Positions 51,757 through 64,000 of a stretch of 64,000 nt of DNA are shown in pieces. The position numbers were made by a program, and so were the translations under genes. The stretch lies in the NCBI RefSeq assembly GCF_009914755.1, contig NC_060931.1. One strand, written 5' to 3'. This DNA comes from the human T2T-CHM13v2.0 reference genome, Homo sapiens. Position 1 is the first letter of the stretch. The number at the start of each line of letters is the position of its first letter. The notes below the pieces were generated by a model. That model was not told the origin of the DNA, made no database searches, and saw only the letters and a program-made list of their open reading frames with translations.

Positions 51757-52363
51757 CCTTAGCCTCTAGATCAGAACCAACCAAGAACAAAGGCACACAC
51801 ATACTCTGTCACTTGTGTGTTCAGTCTTTGGTGGAATAAAAGCAGTTTCCAGCAAAGGGAATTTTTTCACATTACATAATAACTGTTTACGTCTAAGAGG
51901 TACATGTAACCCCCAGAGGCTTCTGTGTATCTTTTATTTTTTGTATTTTCACCCTGAAGACACGTCTTTGTCTCTGAACTAAAAGAGGCTGTTCCCTGTG
52001 GGATCTGAGATGAAGGAAGCCTAGAAATTGGGCACTTGGGCATAGATAGGGCCAACTATGGTAATAAGTTCTTTGGAGGCAGAGAGGGGTGTCTCTATCT
52101 CTCTCATACCAGCAGATAAGGATAGGCAGGGAAAGAGGACACCCTGGGGGATAGATAGAGAATTATCTGCAGGATGATGGATTTTGCCTAAAGAAAGGGA
52201 AAATTATTTTGTAACTTGATTCCTTGTACCTGAACCAACAGCCACCTCATTTATTTTGAGTCAAAAGTGAGATTCAAAAGCAGTATATTTGAGTAGGAAG
52301 TGGAAAAACAGTTTTCCTGGGTTGTTTAAACAATTTTGACCTTTATAATTACTTTAAAAGTAA

Positions 52364-52761
<398 letters not shown>

Positions 52762-53346
52762 TGCAATCCCATCACATCTTATTTAGATGTTTATCTTTCC
52801 AATCTTTGTTCTGTTAATATACATACTTTAAAAATAATGCAATTATGTTCTATATCTTGTTTTATAATTTACTTCTTTCACTTAATTTATCATGTACTGT
52901 ATATTGCCAACATCTTTGTTTTTCTAAATAATTTTTAACAGCCACATAGTATTTTAATATATGTGGGTATCAATATTTGACTATTCCCCATTTTTAGACA
53001 TTTAGGTTTTTTCTATTGCAATGTGAACATTTCCTTTAAATAAAAATAAAAAACTACACGTGCATTTTTAAATAAAGTTACATTTCTTCTTTTTGAGACC
53101 TTAACTCACTAAACATTGAAAATGTTCCTTGGCTATTGCCTGAACGCAGGAATCTTTCTTGGCTGTTTTGAAGAGGGGTTTTTAGACAGTTTTTAGGAGA
53201 GAGAGAGTTGGGGTGGGGTTATTTAGTGGGGCAGGGCATGAGGATGGTTCTTATTAGTAGTTAGTCATGGAGTTAAATCTTAATGCTTGAGATATTTAGA
53301 AGCCAAAGTTATGAGTACATGAACTCCAAGGTAGAGAGGTATGTCT

Positions 53347-53370
53347 GTGTGTGTGTGTGTGTGTGTGTGT
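53347..53370. repeat. (GT)n microsatellite
   Basis: About 12 units. Confidence 0.9.
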
Positions 53371-53473
53371 TCACATGGTTGGCAAGTGGGATGGAGTTGC
53401 TTGGTGTAAATATGATTTCATCAGAACAAAATTAACATGCTGAGGTTGAAGGTGGGTTAGAAAAATCCTATTC

Positions 53474-53733
53474 TTTTTCTTTTTTTTTGAGACAGTCTCA
53501 GCTCACTGAAAGCTCTGCCTCCTGGGTTCAAGCAATTCTCCCTGCCTCAGCCTTCCAAGTAGCTGGGATTACGGGCGCCCGCCACCATGCCCGGCTAATT
53601 TTTGTATCTTTTTAGTAGAGACAGGGTTTCGCCATGTTGGCCAGGCTCGTCTTGAACTCCTGACCTTAGGTAATCTGCCCACCTCACCCTCCCAAAGTGC
53701 TGGGGTTACAAGCTTGAGCCACCGTACCTGGCC
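53474..53733 (-). mobile_element. AluS-like with a roughly 40-nt internal deletion
   Basis: 'gagacagtctc/agctcactg' junction; TSD 'aaatcctattct'. Confidence 0.92.
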
Positions 53734-55841
53734 TGATAAATCCTATTCTAAACTGAATATGTGCAGGTCACTATTTTGCAAGCCACTATTTTGCTTTCAC
53801 TTAGCAGTTCCCTTCTTTCTTTTTCTCTCCCTCCCCCACACCTCCACTGTCACATTGCAGGTAGTGAACATCAAAACTCACAGCAGGAAAGGGATTGGAG
53901 CAACTACTTCTCTATCTAGGCCAAGGTCAGTTTGTTACACTAGACCCAGAGTTTCTTGTCTCTGGATCTAAGTGCCAGAAACTTCCTCTTTTCTGAAATA
54001 TTAGAGTTCACTACTTTAGATACCTTCTTTGTTAAACTTTCCCAGGTCTCTAGTCTGAATGAATTATTCTTTCATGGGCATGCCCACTTATTTGCAATTA
54101 TTCAGAATTCATTTTCTTTTGTCTTATTTTATAAAAAGTGATTTGTTTGTGTCCCCCAGTGGCTGAGTTCAAGATCCTTGTCTTCTTCATTGTCATGCTT
54201 CTTATGCCTGGCACAGAGCCCAACTTAGGTACTCAGCAAATATTTGCAATGACATCAAACAGACGAAATAAAACCCCAGGAGATAAGATAAAGCGCTTGG
54301 ACTACATATACTTCCTTCACTTTTAATTTCCTTCTGTTTTCTTTTTTTTTTTTGCTCACCTGTTTGCTGTTTCCATTCTCCTTATCAATTACTCAGGGTT
54401 AGGATATTTAATTTTAAGTTTATTTATTCAGAGTCTTCGCACTCTAAGGGGGAAAGAAGCTACAAGAACAGAAACCAATTAAATATGTAAGATTAGGTTG
54501 ATGAATCATGTTAAACATCAACTATAATAATAAATAGAAGAATATAAATATTCTGTGATTCAAATCTCAGCAGATCAAAGGCTGGTCATTTTCTGTGAGT
54601 TAGACTTTTTTTCTGGATATGTTCACACATCCAGGTTTACAGAAGAACTGAAGGGAGAGCTGGTATGTATGAGGTTCATTCCTATGTCAGGTGGAAAGGA
54701 TTTCCTAATGGATATAGATGTGCTCTTTTGTCTGTAGAGAATTTTGCTGCTAGATTTAATTGAATTTGTTTTTTGTACAGTACTTGAAGCCCAAGGGAAA
54801 TTTTGCTTGTTTAACAAAGAAACACGATTTTATATAAATCTCAAGTGACCTGATAAACACACAGTATAAAACATGTCTAATTCTTAACGCTTAATTCAAT
54901 TCAATAAACGTTTATGGGACATTCATTATATGTCAGGTGCTCTACAAGATGGCAGGAGACCAGGAAGGAGAAAAGATGGCTTCTGCCCTCAGGAAGCTAA
55001 CAGTTCGGTATACTCCTATATGTAAATTGCCACCTAATATACATATTAGATGAAATAAGGGCTAGGTAGTGTTTACCTGCCCCAAATACATACTTTACAA
55101 TAGGAGAACCTGAAGTGCTGAGTGGAGAAATGAAGTTAGCCCACGCTGGATGAGATGGGCAGGCGCTTCTGGGTTGCATGGACTCTTACTACTATGGCCA
55201 CTCTAGCCCTTTCTAGCCACAGCAAACACTCCTATCGTGTTTCTCCCAGACTTCATCATGCCTCCCACAGGTGGAGGAAGAAGACCTAGAATATGGCGAC
55301 TCTCTTAAAGGTGCAACTATGCCCTTGACAACTTACAGAAGGAACAGAGGCCATAGTTTTAAACCTACTTTGGATTGTAGATACCTTTGAGAATCTAATA
55401 AAAACTTTCGGAGCCTGTCGTCAGAAAACTGCAGAATGTTCCTACAGACAATGCCATGAGCAATTTCTAGACTCCCTGAGGCACACCTGTGGTTTTAGCT
55501 GAATCCATCTCTTCCCTTGCACTGACTAGCTCTCCTCCTTCTGAGCTACTACACAAATGAACTAGACAGCTCCTGAAAGCAAGTAAAAGGACTCAGGAAA
55601 CAGATCCAACTGCTCATGCTCAATCAGTCAGAAAGGAAGCAAATAAGGAATAAGAAATAGTGACTCTCTACCTCTAGGTTGATGTAGAAATAAGTGATTT
55701 TTTAAATAGAGAAACTTGAATTTTTAATTATTATAACATTTAAAAATCTATAATGGTAGCAAAATCTTTGCAAATAATGTAAAATAAAAATACGTATGCA
55801 ATGTCAACAGGAGGTTTTTGTTTGAAATATAATGACTTTTC

Positions 55842-56207
55842 GGCCCGGCACGGTGGCTCACGCCTGTAATCCCAACACTTTGGGAGGCCAAGGTGGGCGA
55901 ATCACGAGGTCAGGAGATGGAGACCATCCTGGCTAACATGGTGAAACCCCATCTCTACTAAAAATGAAAAAAAATTAGCCGGGCGTGGTGGTGGGCGCCT
56001 GTAGCCCCAGCTACTCAGGAGGCTGAGGCAGGAGAATGGCATGACCCCAGGGGGCGGAGCTTGCAGTGAGCCAAGATCCCACCACTGCACTCCAGCCTGG
56101 GGGACAGAGCAAGACTCCATCTCAAAAAAAAAAAAAAAAAAAAAAGACAAAGACAAAGATGGGCATTACATAATGGTAAAGTGATCCGCCTCAAAAAAAA
56201 AAAAAAA
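55842..56207 (+). mobile_element. AluY-like with an extra 3' segment and a second poly(A)
   Basis: 17-bp TSD 'gaaatataatgactttt' (55824-55840, 56208-56224) encloses Alu-A22-47 nt-A15. Confidence 0.95.
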
Positions 56208-57085
56208 GAAATATAATGACTTTTCACATGGTGGATTCAGGAATTTGTAGGGATAATGGAAAGTAGTATGAATGATGTGTATTATGAAAACAAATACTTA
56301 TTTGTGATAAAGGAGAGGAACTTTGGTTATTCTATTATTCTTTTCTCTTATGTTCTTATGTTATTCTGTCTTTCCTTTCCCAATCATCCTTGCTTTTCCT
56401 TTCTACATTTGAGCTCAAGTTATTGATACAGGAAAGACTAAAGATTTATTAAACTATCAAAAAGAAATAACTTTATCAAATGTCAAGCAAAGTTGATGGG
56501 AAAAAAATCCTTTCAAGCTAAACAGTAGTTTGAAAATGTAATCTTTTAGAAAATGGCAAAGACCTTTAAGAAAATAAGCTGATTATTTTGATTTAAATTT
56601 GACTCATTATATATATATAGCTACAAACCAAACTCAACCATCATCTGTGTACACTTTTCTTCCATACTAAGTAGAAATATCCTTCATCAGAAATGCGTTA
56701 ATGAAGAGTTTTGTTTGGCTTTTTAAATGCTGAATTTTGACCTTATGTTGATTTTCTAATTTTCATCTTCTTAGCTGCCCAAAACCAAGGTTATGAGTAC
56801 AGAGAATTATCAAAGGACAAGTGTGAAAATCCTCCACATTTAAGACCTTATACAGAGATTAGCACTGGAGATAATTTCTATGGACATATTCTATTGCACT
56901 GAGTTGGTATACCTGGCAGAATTGTAGCAGTATTTTCATTTGAGTTCTAATCTGTAGATAACAATTGAAAGAGAAAGATGCAATCACCTAGAGAATTTAT
57001 ACTGAGGCCAGAGCCATACTCTGAGTACACGTGGAACATTTATGTGGTCAAAGCTGCCACAGTAATTACAAAAGAAGCGCTGTGG

Positions 57086-57448
<363 letters not shown>

Positions 57449-58391
57449 TCAGAAGAACATGGATATGACAGAGACTGCTAATACCCCCTCCAGTGCCCAA
57501 TCTTTTCTCTTTTCCTTTTAAAAATAGAATCTTGCATGTTTTAATTGGATACATAGCCACCTATGTAGAGACTGTTATTTCCCACATTTCCTTGCTCTGG
57601 GCATGGCCATAGGATGGGAATGGAAGTACCCTTTATAAGGTAATCAAATATGTTACATTTATAAATGCAGGTTAAAATATCTAAAGGATCTAATTAAATT
57701 AGTTTATAATTGGGACCAATCATTAATCAAAAACCTCTTAAAATCCTGTTAAACTTCGCCATATTTGTAAAGTAATACAGCTTGTAAGAAAAAACTTAAA
57801 ACACCTAGGGTTTTGAGTTTTAAATATATTTATTATCAAATAATAAATTTAGTATTAAATTACTGATGAAAATGTAACTTGTATTCAGGGCTGCAAGCCT
57901 GTTTTGGGGTATCCTACACTGTTAACACTTCAGATTTTCAACTAGGCATGAAAAATGAGATGTGACCTTCCAATAGGTCTGAATCACTGGCTAATTTACT
58001 GATGCCCACACTTTTATATACTCTATTCATCAAATCCCCAGGCAGATGACAGCTACCCGACACAAGAGATAATAAATTGTTCTTTACAAAGACAATGGAA
58101 GCTGTATACAGTGTCAACTGACTCATCTTTTTGTTGTTGTTATTGTTCCTGGAGAACAAGCGAGGGCTTTTCAGTTCAGAGATCACAGCTGCATATCTCT
58201 GAGGTCTTTAATAATTTCAGACTGATCATGGATACCACATTCTTTGATTAACTGACCTTTAGTAAAAAGAGAGACAAATGAATGAAAATGAATATTCTTG
58301 GCAGTTCACAAATCTGTTTTAGGCATTGCTTTTCTCATATATGTGAGACAAAATATTGATCAAAATGCATAACTAAATCATGAAGGAATAA

Positions 58392-58720
<329 letters not shown>

Positions 58721-59316
58721 ACCATGCCATCTTTTTTGGGAACATGAGCTGGTCGCTTATCTCACCCTAATTCCTAATGTTCAACTAGATTTTAGGGGGT
58801 TTCCATTTTCCCTAACACTTCATGACTTAGGTAGAGTTTCCACCAGCCTTTCAGAATATTGAAGCCATCAGAGTGCACCAAGTTTGATTCTGGGAGGCCA
58901 AGTTAGTGTGATAGGCTGGGCCTGGGCTTCACCCAGCCACCAGTTGGTAAAAGTGCTGGCTTAGGAGTCAGGAGAAGTGAGCTTGACTCCCAGATCTTCC
59001 ACTTGCTAGCTGTGTCAGTTTAGTCAAGTCATGTCAGCAATTTGAGCCTGAGTTTCTGCATTTAGAAGAGTTTTTGTAAGAATCAGATGATTTGATGTGT
59101 AGGAAAGGGTTTTGCAAACTAAAGTGTGCCATCTAAATATAAGGAACTCTACAGGTTGCAGTGTACTGAATAAAGTCCAGAAAAGCATGATCCATAAGTG
59201 GAAATTTTTAAAATGGAGTACAGTACATATATTTAGGTGTGACCTTTACATTTCTAAAAAAGACTTGTAATAGGGCAAAGATAAATTTTGGCTGAATTAG
59301 AAAGAAGTGTTTTTAA

Positions 59317-59720
<404 letters not shown>

Positions 59721-60919
59721 CTAGAATATCGTAGTTGATGTCATCAAGATGGATGACTATATGCTAATGACTATTTCCAGGCTAAACTTTTACGTTAAGT
59801 TCAGATTTTTTTTTTCAGCTATCTGTTGAGCATCTTCCCTGGAGGCTACACAGGCACCACTGTCTTCATCTTCTAGGCCTTCTTCTAATTTCTCCCCCAC
59901 CCCTGACCACATCTGCCTATGCCTCTGAACAAAACCACTAGAGTTGTTCTTCTAGTCTGTATGTATGTTGGCTGTTGGTGGCTCCACTACAACTAAAACC
60001 TAGGATAAACCCCCAGACAATGTACAAGGACAACAGCAAATCAGTTGTGCTGTCAGAGACCAGAAACCCGGGAACCACCCTGCACTGCATTCTTTCCACC
60101 ACCCCAAATCTATCCCATCAATCACCAAATCTCGTTGACTTTATTTAGATGAAAGACTATCTACATATATTCTAGCTGAATTTTCATTACAAAGCTGTAA
60201 ATTATGTATTAGCATCTCCATTGTATAAGGGATAACTCTCAGGCTCAAAGATATTAAACAACCTTCACACAAGTAGTAGGTGTCAGAACTGGGATTTTTC
60301 CAACTCTTTGCTTTTTCTACTACACCATCGTTTCCTTATATTGTGGATATTATTTACAGCTCTATCTCTTCCCTTGAAAAGAAGCTTCTCCTGCCAGGGC
60401 CTCAGTAGGGTTAATCTTCGTATTCTCAGATATAATGTCTAGTACACAGTGCCCAATAAATGTTTGTTGAATTTGAGGAAATAGTCATTTTGTGGTTAAG
60501 TTCTATATGCGTGAGTTTCTGTGCTGTTCTGGCACCAGTTTCTTGGTTTGATGTTGAGCTCCTGTAACGCAGGGACCTGACCTTATTTATCTTCATTTCC
60601 CTAAGTTCTAGAAATTGGCTAACTCATACATAGCAGGCACTCAATAAACATTTGATAGATCTACTTAAAATACCAGCACATTACCTTCATAGTTTGTGTC
60701 TTTAGAACACAGGCTGTTTTCTTCTGGCTTTAACAATCCCCTAGACCAAAGTGGAACTGGTTTAGAGTTTTCTTTAAAAACTAAGTTTTGCCTCAGAGAG
60801 CATCTAAAAAGGATAGAACAACACTGACAAAAAGAAGCTGCTGAGAAGATTGATAACACACATGGGCAGCTCTTTTTTGTTTAAAAAGATACTCTTATGA
60901 TATGGAAGAAAATCTTTAG

Positions 60920-61255
<336 letters not shown>

Positions 61256-61927
61256 TAGGGGAAAAGTTTTTAGCCTTCACATCCAAAGCAAAATCCAAAA
61301 AAGGAAAATTGCTAGATTAGGCCTCTTCAAAATTCAAAACTTTTGCTCTGCTAAAGATCTTGTGAAGATAATGAAAAGACAAGTTATAGACTGGCAAAAA
61401 TATTTTCAAACCACATATTCAGCAAAGGACTAATATCAAGAATATATAAAGGACTCTCAATACTTTACAGTAAGACATCCAAACAATCCAATTAGAAATG
61501 GGCAGAAAACACGAAGAGACGTTTCACAACAGGATATACAAATGAGCACATGAAAAGCTGTTCAATATCATTTTCATTAGGAAAATGCAAATTAAAACCA
61601 CAAAGAAATATTATACAATTTTCAGAACACTAAAACAAAAACATAGTCATAATACCAATTCTGGGGAATATGGAGAAACTTGAGCCTCATACATTGTTAG
61701 GGGGAATGGAAAATGAACAGCCATTCTGGAAAACAGTATGGCAGTTTCTTTCAAAACTAAACATGTTTAACGTATGATTCAGCAATTGCTATTTATTTAT
61801 CTCAGAAAAATAAAAACTAATATTCACACAAAAACCTGTCCGTGAATGTTGACAGCAGCTTTATTCATAATAGCCAAACACTGGAAACAGCTCCTTCAAT
61901 GAGCAAATGATTAAATAATCTGTAGTA

Positions 61928-62379
61928 CATGGGTCCCCAACCCCTGGGCTGTGGACTGGTACTGGTCAGTGTTCTGTTAGGAACTGGGTAGCACAGCAGG
62001 AAGTGAGGCATGGGTAAGAAAGCATTAGCACCTGAGCTCCGCTTCCTATCAGATCAGCAGCAGCATTAGATTCTCAGAGGAGTGCAAATCCTATTGTAAA
62101 CTGTACACACAAGGGATGGAGGTTGCAGGCAAGCAAGCATTACCACCTGAGCTCCGCTTCCTATCAGATCAGCAGCGGCATCAAATTCTCAGAGGAGTGC
62201 AAACCCTATTGTGAACTGTACATGCAAGGGATGACGGTTGTGTGCTCCTTATGAGACTCTAATGGCTGAAGATCTGAGGTGGAACATTTTCATCCCCAAA
62301 CCATACCCCTCACCTTGTCTGTAGAAATACTGTCTTCCATGAAACTGGTACCTGGTGCCAAAAAGGTTGGGGACTGCTG
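61928..62379. mobile_element. MER1B (hAT-Charlie) with a 115-bp internal tandem duplication
   Basis: TIRs 'ca.gggtccccaacc' and 'ggttggggactgctg'; perfect 8-bp TSD ctgtagta (61920-61927, 62380-62387). Confidence 0.92.
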
Positions 62380-62796
62380 CTGTAGTACATCTATGGCATA
62401 GATGTACATATGGTATATGTATGCAATTTTACATGGGCATGCATTACCATAGATGTACTACAGCAGCAGTCCCCAACCTTTGTTGTAATAAAAAGCAACT
62501 ATTGATACATGAAACAAGTTGGATAGATCTCAAGGGAATTATGCTGAGTGAAAATAGTCAATACCAAAAAATTATATACTGTAAAGTTTCATTTATACAG
62601 CATTCTTGTAGTGGCAAACTTTTAGAGATGGAAAATAGGTTTGTGGTTGGCAGGGAGAGGATGGGAGGTAGGTAGGGGTGCCTATAAAAGTAGAATGAAG
62701 GATCGTTATAATGGACTTGTTATGTATTTTGACTGTGGTGGTAGTCACATAGATCTACATATGGGATAAAATTGTATAAAATTAAATACACATACA

Positions 62797-63100
<304 letters not shown>

Positions 63101-63854
63101 ATTAAATGGACATACAGACACACAGATGAATAAAAATGGCTGAAATCTGAATAAGGTTGGTAAATTACATCAATGCCAATTTCCTGGTTGCGACATTATT
63201 CTATAATTTTTCAAGATATTGCCATTGGGGGAAAACAGAATAGAGGCTACATAGAATTCCTCTGTATTGTATGTTACATCTTCATGCAAATCTTCAATGA
63301 TCTCAAAATAAAAAGTTAAAAAAATTGTCTGAAATGAGATAGAATGATGTTATTCATTATTTTACAGGAAAAGAGAGGGAGGCTCAGATAAAGTAGATAT
63401 CTTGCCTAAGATCATTCAAATACAGAGTGTAGACAATGAATCTGAACTCAGGTTTCTCTGACTCTAAATTTGTGTCTCTCTTTTTTCATTATTTTATACT
63501 TACAGAAATGATACCAGAAATCTTAACTTTCCGTGTATGTTCACAATCGAAATGAACACATTAGCATAGATTGTTCATTTCTTTATAGAGAGATTTAGTT
63601 AGTTCTCTAAGGAAAAGGGATGGAATGCAAAGCAGATAAGAGGTAGGACAGGCCTGGGAAGTTGTTGGTGAATAAAATAAGGAAAAACATCAAAGATTAT
63701 CATTGCTTACTTCACTCTTGCGCCCATGACAAGCTCTGTTAAGCACTGATTTTGGAACCCAGAATCTTTGGAAGGGTGGAAGGTGGTGTACCACGTGGCC
63801 TTTGGCCTCCCAGGCTGGAGTTAAAACTGAGAAGTTTAAAGAAGACCTTTTCTT

Positions 63855-64000
63855 GGCCGGGCGCGGTGGCTCACACCTGTAATCCCAGCACTTTGGGAGG
63901 CTGACGCGGGTGGATCACGAGGTCAGGAGATCAAGACCATCTTGGCTAACACGGTGAAACCCCGTCTCTACTAAAAAAATACAAAAAATTAGCCAGGCGC
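63855..64000 (+). mobile_element. AluY-like (cut by the window end)
   Basis: Left arm 'ggccgggcgcggtggctc...ctaacacggtgaaaccccg'. Confidence 0.93.

Overview
Primate (catarrhine/hominoid, human-like) AT-rich, CpG-depleted genomic DNA dominated by transposable elements. I recognise no host protein-coding exon; the long ORFs are L1 ORF1/ORF2 remnants or antisense-Alu artefacts. The window holds about 31 Alus, a full-length L1PA6-like element (41281-47750), a 5'-inverted (twin-primed) L1PA4/5-like element (19951-22417), a two-LTR MER57-type provirus on the minus strand (29457-40600) with nested insertions, solo LTRs (HERV-W LTR17, three LTR1-like, LTR40, MER34-like, MER21, LTR41), DNA-transposon fossils (MADE1, MER1A, MER1B) and old MIR/L2/L1M fragments. 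The most interesting signals are small. (1) An AluY-like element carries a 47-nt mostly L1-ORF2 segment and a second poly(A) inside a single TSD, a candidate Alu 3' transduction. (2) A 66-bp copy of the neighbouring L1 5'UTR is pasted 1.4 kb upstream inside an inverted-repeat/palindrome scar. (3) A tailless U5 snRNA retropseudogene ends at loop I. (4) Further locally templated inverted-repeat scars recur, and one of them creates a STAT/BCL6 motif cluster. (5) There are three candidate minus-strand exons. Subfamily names come from my recollection of consensus sequences and need RepeatMasker/Dfam confirmation.
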